Positions 29,815 to 39,934 of a DNA stretch of 64,000 nt are shown piece by piece; the first letter of the stretch is position 1, and the number at the start of each line of letters is the position of its first letter. A program made the position numbers and the translations under genes. This stretch comes from a virus (lineage: Duplodnaviria > Caudoviricetes): positions 557 to 64,556 of IMG/VR virus record IMGVR_UViG_3300020156_000028; one strand, 5' to 3'. The notes beneath the pieces were generated by a model that worked only from the letters and a program-made list of their open reading frames with translations, ran no database searches and was not told the DNA's origin.

Positions 29815-32227
29815 TGGCGTCCCGTATGTCGATTACTATATTTCGATGCACTTGTCCTACTGCCGTGGGCCGGTAGATCAATGGACCGGATTGGAGATCA
29901 AGGACAAAGAGTTATTCGAAGACGATGAACGTTATTTCAACAATGTAACGCTCTCCGTCAACAAACCCGATCTATTCGGCGGCAACCTCCGGGAAGGCGG
30001 GCTGGTAGGCGACATCTATTTTATGAATGGCGGCGCGGCGCAGAAAAGCCCGCAGGCGCTTGCGAAGCGCGTCGATTCCGACCCCGATGACATGCCGGGC
30101 TATCGGGGCGTCGTGAGTCTGTTCCTTTGCGGAAACGACAATACCGGCGCGAAGGGGTTCAAAGTCGGCTCCAACATGCCGAACGTGCCGCCGATCTATG
30201 GCCGCTTCCGGCGCGGTTCAAGGCAGTTGGACAATAACGTTCAGGTGATCCCGACGCCGAACGGAAACTGGCACAACTCCAATCCAGCCAACCTGATTTT
30301 CGAGTGTCTCGTTCACAAGGACTTGATGCACGGCCCGCGCGCGCAGATCAACGAAGCGTCTTTCAACGAGGCGGCCCAAACGCTGTTCGATGAAGAGTTC
30401 GGAATCTCTTTGCTCTGGTCCGGGCAGAACAGCATCGAGTCCTTCGTGCAGGAAGTGCTCGACCATATCAACGCGCTCCTGTTCTTCAACCCTTACACCG
30501 GCAAGCTCAATCTCAAGCTTCTGCGCGATGACTACGACCCGGCCAGCCTGCCCGAACTTGGGCCGGATACGTGCCGGGTGAAGACCTTCCGACGGCCGCT
30601 CTGGGGCGAGACGATCAACGAGATCGTGCTGACCTACACGGACCCGCGCAACGAAGAACAGGTCTCGGTCACATATCAGGACCTTGGCAATATCGCCATG
30701 CAGGGTGCGGTCGTGTCAGAGACGCGCGAGATGCCCGGCATCCGGGACCGGCAACTGGCGAACCGGACATGCGCCCGCGAGCTTCGGCAGGCGTCGGCCC
30801 CGCTCGCTTCGGCCACCATCGAAATGAACCGGCAGAACCGGAAGCCCGACGGCTCGCCCTATCTGCCGGGCGACGTGTTCCGATTGGTCTATCCGCTCCA
30901 TAATATCGCGGGGGTGATCTTCCGAGTGCTGGAGATCGACTGGGGCACGGTGGACGACGCCAAGATCACGATGAAGTGCGTCGAGGATATCTTCGGCTTG
31001 CCTTACGCCATGTGGGAAGAGCCTGACGATACCTCTTGGGAGCCGCCGGAGAAGGACCCGAATGACGACTTGTTCGATATGGTCGGCTATCTGTTCCGGG
31101 CGACTCCCCTGTCCATCATCAACCGTCGCGCGCCGACAGGCATCACGGGTTTCGAGATCACCGACGATCTCTACAACCAGATCGCCATCAACACCTATGT
31201 CATGCCCACGGACGCGCAAACGGACCTGAACTACTACATCCCCTACCGGCCCTCCGTGGACACGCTCGGCGAGGAAATTTGGGCTCCTCTCGGCGAGAAA
31301 ACAGTGGTCGGTCATACGGTCTTGGTCGGGAATATCGATCAGGCCGTTCGATCTGAAATCGTGGTCGAGGAAACCATCGGGCCGGGCGACTGGCCGAAGA
31401 AAGGCTACCTCGGGATGTTCATCGGCGCGGACGAGTTCTCGGACGAGCTTTTCACTTTCGAGGAACGCCTTGCACCTAACACATGGCGCATCCGGCGCGG
31501 AGTGCTCGATACGGTTCCGGCCAAATGGAACAGCGGCGCGAAGATCATCATCCACGCGAACAACTACAACGGCTTCGATTGGAGCCCCCGGTTCGCGGAC
31601 ACGGAAGAACGCTACAGATTCCAGATCAGGACTTCGCTCGGCCTGTCCGACCTTTCCAACGAGGTGACGACCGTCAGACCCGACCGTCCCTATCGCCCGT
31701 ATCGCCCGGCCAACGTGCGGATCGAGGCGGTGCGGTTCGGCACCGAGGATCAGAGTCAGATGCTCAATCCTCCGGTCTTCGACATCTACGACATGGAGCA
31801 TGTGCCGCGCGACTGGGAAATCGATTGTACATGGTCGAGGCGCAATAGGTGGGCCGAGGACCAGACATGGCTTGCGTGGAGCGACCCTGACGTGCCGCCG
31901 GAAGACGGCCAGACCACGGAAATCATTTTGTTGCGTGGGTCCGAGGAGATCAACCGTTTCACTGGGTTGACGGGAACCAGCTTCACGTTGAACATAATCG
32001 AGACGACGGCCCAGATGCTCGATATGAAGCTCCGGTTCATCTCCCGGCGAGACGGCTTCGAATCCTTGCAAGGCGTCGAGATCGCGCTCAAACTCTACAT
32101 CAAGGGCTATGGTTCGGACTGGGGATACCTTTGGGGCGGTTGGCCGGAAGACCCGTTCTTGACAGGCATCGAGTCTGACATGACTGGCCTCCTGCCGGGC
32201 ACCAAGGGGCTTGTGTGGCCGGACTGA
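29798..32227 (+). CDS. Tail tip/central hub protein (J-like)
   Basis: 809 aa; CRGPVD, LFGG..REGG, PGYRGV, NPANLIFECL, LKLLRDDYD, RPYRPANVRI. Confidence 0.82.
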   Translation: MGKKPDGVPYVDYYISMHLSYCRGPVDQWTGLEIKDKELFEDDERYFNNVTLSVNKPDLFGGNLREGGLVGDIYFMNGGAAQKSPQALAKRVDSDPDDMPGYRGVVSLFLCGNDNTGAKGFKVGSNMPNVPPIYGRFRRGSRQLDNNVQVIPTPNGNWHNSNPANLIFECLVHKDLMHGPRAQINEASFNEAAQTLFDEEFGISLLWSGQNSIESFVQEVLDHINALLFFNPYTGKLNLKLLRDDYDPASLPELGPDTCRVKTFRRPLWGETINEIVLTYTDPRNEEQVSVTYQDLGNIAMQGAVVSETREMPGIRDRQLANRTCARELRQASAPLASATIEMNRQNRKPDGSPYLPGDVFRLVYPLHNIAGVIFRVLEIDWGTVDDAKITMKCVEDIFGLPYAMWEEPDDTSWEPPEKDPNDDLFDMVGYLFRATPLSIINRRAPTGITGFEITDDLYNQIAINTYVMPTDAQTDLNYYIPYRPSVDTLGEEIWAPLGEKTVVGHTVLVGNIDQAVRSEIVVEETIGPGDWPKKGYLGMFIGADEFSDELFTFEERLAPNTWRIRRGVLDTVPAKWNSGAKIIIHANNYNGFDWSPRFADTEERYRFQIRTSLGLSDLSNEVTTVRPDRPYRPYRPANVRIEAVRFGTEDQSQMLNPPVFDIYDMEHVPRDWEIDCTWSRRNRWAEDQTWLAWSDPDVPPEDGQTTEIILLRGSEEINRFTGLTGTSFTLNIIETTAQMLDMKLRFISRRDGFESLQGVEIALKLYIKGYGSDWGYLWGGWPEDPFLTGIESDMTGLLPGTKGLVWPD

Positions 32228-32240
32228 AAGGATATTGGAC

Positions 32241-32981
32241 GTGGTGAAGAATATCGGCACAACGGCGAACTGGACTCAAATCCCCAAGCGGTCGAACGAC
32301 TGGGGGCCGCGCATGAATGAGCAACTGGTGAAGATGGCCGCCATGCTTCACGGTTCCGTGAAGAGCCGGACCACGGTGTTGCCTGCGAACCCGGCGGTCG
32401 ATGACATGTATATCGATCCCGAGACGAAAAGGATCAACATCTGGGTCGGGGCGTTCACCGACGACGGCGTGACTCAGCCCGCCGAGTGGTATGAAATCGT
32501 GCCAACCCTCGGCGTCAAAATGTTCGTGGAGGACGAGTTCAAATGGGTCCTCTTCAATCCGAATGGCAACTGGCAAGTCATCTGGGATATGAACAAGAGC
32601 CACCGGGCCATCGAACGGGAGTTCTCGTGGTATGCTCCGGGCAACATCAGGAAGAACGCGGTCATCTTCGCCTACGTCGCCGCGCAGGAGTTTGTCATTG
32701 AAGCGGGCGCGCCGGGCTCGGGCGCGTCTTGCGAGGTGGCCCCGACTTCCGATGTCGTGTTCAACGTCCGCAAGAACAACGCCTCCGTCGGCAACATCAC
32801 CTTTCTGGCCGGGCAGACCGAGGGGGTTGTCAACATCCCGAATGAGGTCGCCGTCTTGCCTGCGGGGCAGGAAAGCCTTTATGTGCAAGCGAACTCGCTG
32901 TCCATCATTTCGCCCGCCGATACTCACGGCATGATAGGGCTCAATGCGACGATCAGGGGGAAGATCAGGAGTATCGATTGA
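32241..32981 (+). CDS. Tail fibre/adaptor protein (DUF2793-like N-terminus)
   Basis: WGPRMNEQL..VKSRTTVLPANP..D.YI..W..I.PTLG pattern; start codon uncertain (32211 or 32241). Confidence 0.65.
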   Translation: MVKNIGTTANWTQIPKRSNDWGPRMNEQLVKMAAMLHGSVKSRTTVLPANPAVDDMYIDPETKRINIWVGAFTDDGVTQPAEWYEIVPTLGVKMFVEDEFKWVLFNPNGNWQVIWDMNKSHRAIEREFSWYAPGNIRKNAVIFAYVAAQEFVIEAGAPGSGASCEVAPTSDVVFNVRKNNASVGNITFLAGQTEGVVNIPNEVAVLPAGQESLYVQANSLSIISPADTHGMIGLNATIRGKIRSID

Positions 32982-33778
32982 TGGCTGACGGCGAGATCAC
33001 CTACTACTATCCGGCCGAGACCTACCATCAATTGAACTCGGTCGCCTTCCCGGATCATTCGCGCAAACTGGCGGGGGCCGACGGCGTGATCCGAGCGTTC
33101 TGGCGGTCGGGCGAGCAAATGTGGGATGAAGCCCTTAACAACGCCATCGAATGGATTAGTCGCTGGATTCCCATGTACACCGTCTGGCGATCCGAACCGT
33201 ATTACCCTTGGTATTCCCCGGTCATGAAACCGTTTCTTGCCGAGCCGGATCATAGCACCGCAGAACCGTGGATCACGCAAGTTCCGAGGGGGATTGTGTT
33301 CAACAGCACCTCGACGCCTAACGACAAGGATAAGGTCTACAAGCCGTGGGCGGGCGTCACGATTCCGGTTTTCGCTGATCGGATCATCGTGGGCTATGGC
33401 GGCGGTGACGGATTTAGCTGGCGCGGCATTGCGGCATATCAGGAGTATGAGGACGCTATCGAGATCGCCTTTTTCATCTCGGAAACGCGACCGGGGGAGA
33501 TCGTGGCTTCGCATAAGGTATCCGAACCTTTCCGCCTGCGCACCAACTCCTACAGCACCCGTGTACGCGGCTATCCCTACGACCGGCCGCAGTTGCAGGT
33601 CTTGAAGAATGGCGTCCCGGTGGGCACGGCACGCAAATACATGTACACGAGCGGCTTGCTGATGGACGCCGATACCGACTTTGAAACCGGCGATTTGCTG
33701 CAAATTTTCGCGCCCGTCGGAAAGTATGTCGGCATCTTCCACGGCGTCTGCATCTCGCTCTACGGGGAGCTTCTGTAA
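32981..33778 (+). CDS. Putative virion structural protein
   Basis: 265 aa, translationally coupled within the tail operon. Confidence 0.65.
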   Translation: MADGEITYYYPAETYHQLNSVAFPDHSRKLAGADGVIRAFWRSGEQMWDEALNNAIEWISRWIPMYTVWRSEPYYPWYSPVMKPFLAEPDHSTAEPWITQVPRGIVFNSTSTPNDKDKVYKPWAGVTIPVFADRIIVGYGGGDGFSWRGIAAYQEYEDAIEIAFFISETRPGEIVASHKVSEPFRLRTNSYSTRVRGYPYDRPQLQVLKNGVPVGTARKYMYTSGLLMDADTDFETGDLLQIFAPVGKYVGIFHGVCISLYGELL

Positions 33779-36700
33779 TGGCCAAGTCTCTCGCCGCGAT
33801 CACTACGCTCGCAGCGCCCTACCTCGAATTGCGTGAACGTGACGGCCCCGGCGATCAAGGGTCTATCATCGCGGTCTATCCGAAGGTGATCAAGGCCCCG
33901 AGGAAACTCAAAGCAAGCCGTGACCTGTCTTTGCTGGCGATGGTATCCGATCTTCGAATTGAAGACCTCCCGGCTATCGGCAATCCCGCAGAAGGCGTGC
34001 CGACGACGGGCTTGCGTCTGATTCACTGGAATGACAGGTGGGTTCTGTTCGGTGGTTCGGCGGGCGTTCCTCCCCGGCTTTACGAGCGGGCGGGGCCTGT
34101 CTTCGCCCAGACGCGCGCTTACGATCTCGCGGATTGGCCGACTGGCACTTATTTTTCGAGCGCCGCGTTCTCCATGAACGGTCGGTTTCTGTTCGCCGTT
34201 CGCGCCGACGATGCCGACACCGTGCAAGTCTACCAGTGGACTTCCGATGATCCCGAAGACCCGAGGGCTGTCTGGGAACTCAAGGACCCGCTGGAGATCG
34301 GCGTGTCCATCGTGGGGCTGGAAATCTCCCCCTTGAATAATTTCCTAATTGCCAAATTGAGCGACCTGACGTTCCGGTTGTTCGACATCCAAAATCTCCT
34401 AGCCCCTATCTCGCCGGTTCCTGCGGGCGAGTTCCTGACCATGACCCCGGACGAGACCGAGTGGGTCCTCGCCCCGAGTGGTGGCGAAGCGGAGGTCTAT
34501 TCGCAGGCGGCCGGGGCGTTCGCCCTGATCTCGTCGCTCGGCAATTCCAACGGTACGGATCGCAAGGCGGCGTATGCTCCCGATGGGTTGGTGCTGGCGA
34601 TCAACGGTCGCCCGTCATCCGGCACGGCCATGCCGCAGTTCTACGCGCGCGGTGACGAGGGCGAGTGGATCGCGATCACCAGCCACGCGCACGCCGGGGC
34701 CGCGACATGGGAGACCTCCGGGTTCGCCTTCAAGAGCGACTCGCAGCAGATGATCTTCACGCACAATGACGGCGGCCAGCGTGCCGAGGTCTATGAGCGG
34801 GCGATCATCACGCCGGACGAGTTCACGGCCGCAGCCAGCCCGTTCACCGGCACCACGCACGCGCCGACGACCGGACCCCGCCCCGAGCGGTCGCATGACG
34901 GGTCGGTGGTCGCCACGTCGTCCGGCGTCTATCTCTGGGATGGTGAGGCGCTGGCCGATATCACGCCCTCGGGATATGCTTCGTCAGCGAACGATCTTTC
35001 GGTCTCCGGTGACGGCCAGTTCATTGCCCGCACGGGGGGAACTTCTGTCTCGGTTTGGAAACGCTCTGGCGACACCTTCGTCCCGGCACCGGGCATCACC
35101 GCCACGACCGGACTCTACCTGAAAGCCATGTCGCTTTCTCGCGATGGCCGGTTCGCGGTGATCAACGCCAGCACGGCACCATTCGGCAACGGCACGTTGG
35201 AACTCCGTGTCATGGAGCGCGACGAAGGCGACGATACGTGGTCGCAGACTTCATCGACCGTCACTCTCTGGACGGTGGATTCGGTTATCATGCTCCGGGC
35301 GAAGTCGCTCTGGCATCCGAACCGGGACGACCTGTTCGTGATCCCCGGCTACGCCACCGGGGGCCAAACCTTCGGCATGCACCCGCTGGTGTACCTTCTC
35401 GCGGGCGGCGCGTGGACCTTGCAAGCCGCGCTCCCGGCCCCGGCGGGCTACAATGTCTATTACGGATTCAATGCATGGTCGCCGAACGGCAAGTTCCTCG
35501 CCGGGATCAACCGCAATAATCTCGCCAACGGCTTCTTGCTGGTCGTTTATGAATTGACTGGCGATACGTTCACGCTTCACCACACGGCTCCGCTCTTCGT
35601 GGCGACGGCTGGCGCGCCGCAGCAATTGGCGTGGTCGCCTGACGGCCGGTACATCATCTACGGCCGCACGACCGGCACGCGCACGACGGATTTCTTTTTC
35701 AACGAAGGGACCGATGATGACCCGGCTTTTGTCGCCGTGGAGGGGCCGTCCGATCTGGCGGCGACGGCGGCCGTAACCGGGGTCTTGTGGACCTCCGGGA
35801 GCTTGACGCTCTTCGGTAGCAGCGCCATCTGGAATCACTGGAACTATCAGGTTCCCGAAGGCCATCCGTCCTACCTCCTGCTTCATACTTTCGTCGGCCC
35901 GGCCGGTGGCTTGCCGCCGCTCGACGGCTATTCTTTTGACGAAAGCGTGATCCATTTCGGCGGCGAGACGTGGGCGCAGCATCCCTATTCCGAAGATATC
36001 GAAACTCCCACATATCCAACAGAATTGTCCTTTGCGCCGCAATATGCCGTGGACGATATCTGGGGCGTCCTGATGTCGAAATCGGGCAAGACCGTACTCT
36101 ATGAAACGGCCGCCGGGATCGGTCTGGCGCAACGTCGCAACACAGGTTCGAACTTCCTCAATTCGGAAACCCTGCGTGGCTGTTTCGTCAATCTTTATGA
36201 CCGGGAAGGGGATCAGTACACCGAGCGCGGCTACTCGATCTACGACTACGGCACCATTATCAAAGACCTGACTTTCGCCCCGAACGGCGAGGTGCTGGCG
36301 TATCACGTCGATCCCATTGCCGAGGCCGCCGTGGACGCGCCGAGGGGCCGCCTGATCTACGACATCTCCGGCGACCGCTTCGAGTTTAGAGGGCAGGTCT
36401 GGGAAGCGGAGATGACCAACTCGCTGATGGCGTTCTCGGCCGACACGACCGCCTTCGTGGTGACGCACGAACATCTGGTCGCCAACACACCGTTTATCTC
36501 ATTGCACGAGTTCGGCGCGGACTATGTTTTTACCCAGACGGATTCCGAGCCGGTCGCGTTCGGACCTCCTGATTTTTCGCTTTGCGATGATGTCGTGGTC
36601 GCCCATGGCGGGTCGCCCCAGATGACATTCTTCACATACGCCTCGCCCGATCTGATCCCAAATCCGAAGGCGATCAACTGGGATTACGAGGGCGTGATCC

Positions 36701-37056
36701 TCGCCATCGGCTTCCGCGAAAACTGCGACGGGATCGTGATTGTCACGCCGGACGAGATCGTGATCATGGAGCCGGATATCGAAGACCCGGAGACACTGGA
36801 GCCCGAAGTCGAGGAGCCGCTTGAAGAAGAAATCGAAGAACCCGAAGACGATGACGGCGAGTATCCAGACATTGAGGTGGACGGCAACGACAGCGACGGT
36901 TCGACCATCACGATCCGGCCGAACCCGGTTAGAAATCCGTGGTATCCCGGAGACTACGACTATACGCCGGGCACGCCCAAGCCGGTCAATAACATCAGCT
37001 TTGTGCCTTACGTGTCCGTCACCGTGACGTTCCGCGTTATGTCCATTCCGCAGTAA
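33778..37056 (+). CDS. Large beta-propeller (WD40/YVTN-like) tail fibre/receptor-binding protein
   Basis: 1092 aa; recurring FSMNGRFL, SGDGQFIA, LSRDGRFA, WSPNGKFLA, WSPDGRYI blades; acidic C-terminal linker. Confidence 0.75.
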   Translation: MAKSLAAITTLAAPYLELRERDGPGDQGSIIAVYPKVIKAPRKLKASRDLSLLAMVSDLRIEDLPAIGNPAEGVPTTGLRLIHWNDRWVLFGGSAGVPPRLYERAGPVFAQTRAYDLADWPTGTYFSSAAFSMNGRFLFAVRADDADTVQVYQWTSDDPEDPRAVWELKDPLEIGVSIVGLEISPLNNFLIAKLSDLTFRLFDIQNLLAPISPVPAGEFLTMTPDETEWVLAPSGGEAEVYSQAAGAFALISSLGNSNGTDRKAAYAPDGLVLAINGRPSSGTAMPQFYARGDEGEWIAITSHAHAGAATWETSGFAFKSDSQQMIFTHNDGGQRAEVYERAIITPDEFTAAASPFTGTTHAPTTGPRPERSHDGSVVATSSGVYLWDGEALADITPSGYASSANDLSVSGDGQFIARTGGTSVSVWKRSGDTFVPAPGITATTGLYLKAMSLSRDGRFAVINASTAPFGNGTLELRVMERDEGDDTWSQTSSTVTLWTVDSVIMLRAKSLWHPNRDDLFVIPGYATGGQTFGMHPLVYLLAGGAWTLQAALPAPAGYNVYYGFNAWSPNGKFLAGINRNNLANGFLLVVYELTGDTFTLHHTAPLFVATAGAPQQLAWSPDGRYIIYGRTTGTRTTDFFFNEGTDDDPAFVAVEGPSDLAATAAVTGVLWTSGSLTLFGSSAIWNHWNYQVPEGHPSYLLLHTFVGPAGGLPPLDGYSFDESVIHFGGETWAQHPYSEDIETPTYPTELSFAPQYAVDDIWGVLMSKSGKTVLYETAAGIGLAQRRNTGSNFLNSETLRGCFVNLYDREGDQYTERGYSIYDYGTIIKDLTFAPNGEVLAYHVDPIAEAAVDAPRGRLIYDISGDRFEFRGQVWEAEMTNSLMAFSADTTAFVVTHEHLVANTPFISLHEFGADYVFTQTDSEPVAFGPPDFSLCDDVVVAHGGSPQMTFFTYASPDLIPNPKAINWDYEGVILAIGFRENCDGIVIVTPDEIVIMEPDIEDPETLEPEVEEPLEEEIEEPEDDDGEYPDIEVDGNDSDGSTITIRPNPVRNPWYPGDYDYTPGTPKPVNNISFVPYVSVTVTFRVMSIPQ

Positions 37057-37068
37057 CAGGAGAATCCC

Positions 37069-37494
37069 ATGGCCCTTCGTTTTGCTCCCGGTGCTGCGAT
37101 TGCCGCCTGCAACGCCATTGTTGATCTTGTGGACGTGGGCGCGGGCAATGGCCGCCTCGACATCTTCACCAGTCCACGGCCGCCGACCCCGGATTCCGAT
37201 GTCACGACGCAAATCCTGCTTGTGTCCTTCCCGTTGGCAAAGCCTGCCTTCGGGGATGCAGAGGAAGTTTTAACTGGGGGTGGTGCGACCCTCAATACAG
37301 TTCCGGCGGCCGAGCCGGTCGGAAGCGGCGAAGCGAACTGGTTTCGGGTCTATGACGGCGACGGGAACGCGGTGTTCGATGGCGGGGTTTTCACCCATCC
37401 AGCGGCCGATCTGGAGGTTTCGACCCTTGATATCGAGATCGGGACACCTGTCACGATAGTCAATTTGTCGTTCATTCAACCGCACGGTTACTAG
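37069..37494 (+). CDS. Virion structural protein, paralogue 1 of 3
   Basis: 141 aa; LLV.F.L..PAFG and G.A.WFR.YDGDG shared with next two ORFs. Confidence 0.8.
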   Translation: MALRFAPGAAIAACNAIVDLVDVGAGNGRLDIFTSPRPPTPDSDVTTQILLVSFPLAKPAFGDAEEVLTGGGATLNTVPAAEPVGSGEANWFRVYDGDGNAVFDGGVFTHPAADLEVSTLDIEIGTPVTIVNLSFIQPHGY

Positions 37495-37546
37495 CGGGAT
37501 CGCGCAATTTCGCCTATAGCGGATTGACCAACAGACGGAGCGCCAG

Positions 37547-37975
37547 ATGGCCCTTAGAATTTCCAACGCGCTTGCGATCCTCGCTTGCAATGCTTTCGTG
37601 GACGCTCTGGACAGCGGCGCGTCTGCCGCCAGTCTCGAAGTATTCTCGGGCGCACAGCCCGCAAATCCGCAAATCGACGTGACGACGCAGACATTGCTCG
37701 TCCGTTTCGACTTGCCGGAGCCCGCTTTCGGGGAAGCGGTTTCCGTCAGTGGCGGCGCGCGCGCGGAGGCCGCGCCAGTCGATCCGGTTCTCGCCTTGGC
37801 CTCGGGAACCGCGACATGGTTTCGCGCGTATGATGGTGACGGCAACGCAACGCTCGACGGTTCGGTGTCCGAAAGCGATGGCGACGGAGAACTTCTGGTC
37901 GCTTCCGCCAATATCGTCGCAGGCACGGAAGTTTCGATCATCAGTTTCACTTTCACGCAACCTAAAGGATACTAG
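37547..37975 (+). CDS. Virion structural protein, paralogue 2 of 3
   Basis: 142 aa; same motifs; GGAG RBS. Confidence 0.8.
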   Translation: MALRISNALAILACNAFVDALDSGASAASLEVFSGAQPANPQIDVTTQTLLVRFDLPEPAFGEAVSVSGGARAEAAPVDPVLALASGTATWFRAYDGDGNATLDGSVSESDGDGELLVASANIVAGTEVSIISFTFTQPKGY

Positions 37976-38052
37976 CGGTTCGCGGGGAAGGTGGTAGTCG
38001 AGTAAGATAATTTCAAATATAGCGGGGGAGAAGCCCCTATAGGAGACCCACC

Positions 38053-38478
38053 ATGGCCGTCAAATTCGCCGCAGCAGTCGCAATGTCCCTCGCCAATCAT
38101 CTCGCTTCCCTCGTGGACGCGGCGGCGACTCCCGGAACCCTGATCATCTACGACGGCGCGGAGCCTGCCAACCCGGATACTGCCATCGGTTCGCAGGTTG
38201 CTCTTGTTACCTTTCCGCTCGGCGACCCGTCGTTCGGCGCGGCCGTTGACACGGGCGGCGGCGGCCAGATCACGGCGGAAGCCATCGCCCCGGTGGACGC
38301 GGACGAGGGCGGCACGGCCGCGTGGTTCCGCATCCTTGACGGTGACGGCGACGTGATCCTGCAAGGTTCCGTCACCGATACGACCGGCAACGGCGACCTC
38401 AAGGTCTCCTCGACTACGGTCGTCGCCGGTATCGAAGTCTCGGTCGTCTCGCTGACCTTCACGCAGCGGAAGGTCTGA
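38053..38478 (+). CDS. Virion structural protein, paralogue 3 of 3
   Basis: 141 aa; same motifs; AGGAG RBS. Confidence 0.8.
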   Translation: MAVKFAAAVAMSLANHLASLVDAAATPGTLIIYDGAEPANPDTAIGSQVALVTFPLGDPSFGAAVDTGGGGQITAEAIAPVDADEGGTAAWFRILDGDGDVILQGSVTDTTGNGDLKVSSTTVVAGIEVSVVSLTFTQRKV

Positions 38479-38479
38479 T

Positions 38480-39925
38480 ATGGCCCTCGGCAACCCCCTT
38501 CTCGCGGCCTATGATTCCACGGGCACGCTCCGCACGTTTGAGTACGCGGCGGGAGTGTTCGTCCAGATGGGCTCGCTCGGGGGGTTGGCCCATGTCGTTA
38601 CGTCGGACCAGATCGCGCACGGGGCCATGACCCGGCCCCTGATCTATTGGACCGAGGACGATTCCAATCTCGGAGTCTGGCGCACCAAGACCAGCACGAC
38701 CTTTGCGCACGATTATCTGAACGCGGACACCTCGCGCGTCGTCGCGGAGACGACCTATCCCGGCAGCGCGGAAAGCGGCGTCTTCCGGGGCGAGCGGATT
38801 GATCCGAACCTGTTCGCGATCATGCTAGTCGATCCGGGGTTTGTCGCAGCGAACGCCACGCTGTACTTCGTCGGCGGGACCGCCCCGGCCTTCTCGATTG
38901 ACGGAAGTCTCGACCAGACGCCCCTCTTCGTCATGGCGGCGCGGCCCGACCGTCAGTACCTTGTCATGGCAGGCGGCGGTACGATCAAGACCCATAAGCG
39001 CACCTCGGCCGCGAACGTGCGCCCTGCGACGTGGACTCCCGTGACAGGTCTCGCGCCGACAATCGACGTGGACCTTGCCGCGTGGTCATTCAACAATCGC
39101 AGTTTGATCGTGGTAGACAAGACGCAGAACCGGGCGCAGGTCTGGATGCTCGACGCGGATGTCTGGACAATGATGCACGATCTTTCTCTTCCGGCCGGGA
39201 CCCCGGCCCGGATCGCGTCTTCGCCGGATGGCCGCTTCATGGCGATCTCCTGCGACAACGCGGGCGAGTTCACGACGCGCGTCTTCCGCCGCACGGGCGA
39301 CTACTTCATGATCCACCAGACGCTCGCCGGGATCGGGGCGCTCCTCGACTTTTCGGCCGACGGCGTACTCCTGATCGATTGCGCGGAGCAAGTCTGCTAC
39401 GAGCGCGGCAGCGACGACCTGTTCGCGGTCAAGAACGGGGCGATGGCGAACATCCCGGCGCTTGTCGTGCAGCAAGCCATCTCGTTCGGCCGCACGGATG
39501 CCTATGGCGTGCCCCGGCTTTACGACGCGGCCGTGGAAGACTTCGCGAGCGGCGCGGTTGACCTCGAAAACCTCAAGGTAACACTTCTTTCCTCGGCCGC
39601 TGTCTTCGATCCTTCCGACGCGACCTTGGCCGACGCCACCAGCAACGGGTCGTGGGAGCCCGCTGGTGGCGGCTGGCCTGCGGGGGGTGTGGACCTCGGC
39701 GACGTGGCGGGTGTTCCGGGAGACAACGGCTACGACCTGACACTCGGCGAGTTCTCGCGCGTAATCGTGGATTCCGGCATCACTTTCCGCTACCTCCTGA
39801 TCTACGACGCGACTTCGGGCGTGCCGCTGATCAATGTCGATCTGATCGAAGATCGGGTCGTCGCCAAGAACCGCGAGCTTGTGATCAATTTCCGTGGTGC
39901 TTTTCTCCTGAATTTCCGCAGCTAA
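38480..39925 (+). CDS. Beta-propeller tail protein with C-terminal virion structural domain
   Basis: RPDRQYL, SSPDGRFMA, FSADGVLL blades; C-terminal LKVTLL...GGWPAGG...FRYLLIYD domain. Confidence 0.7.
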   Translation: MALGNPLLAAYDSTGTLRTFEYAAGVFVQMGSLGGLAHVVTSDQIAHGAMTRPLIYWTEDDSNLGVWRTKTSTTFAHDYLNADTSRVVAETTYPGSAESGVFRGERIDPNLFAIMLVDPGFVAANATLYFVGGTAPAFSIDGSLDQTPLFVMAARPDRQYLVMAGGGTIKTHKRTSAANVRPATWTPVTGLAPTIDVDLAAWSFNNRSLIVVDKTQNRAQVWMLDADVWTMMHDLSLPAGTPARIASSPDGRFMAISCDNAGEFTTRVFRRTGDYFMIHQTLAGIGALLDFSADGVLLIDCAEQVCYERGSDDLFAVKNGAMANIPALVVQQAISFGRTDAYGVPRLYDAAVEDFASGAVDLENLKVTLLSSAAVFDPSDATLADATSNGSWEPAGGGWPAGGVDLGDVAGVPGDNGYDLTLGEFSRVIVDSGITFRYLLIYDATSGVPLINVDLIEDRVVAKNRELVINFRGAFLLNFRS

Positions 39926-39934
39926 GGGGCTGGC

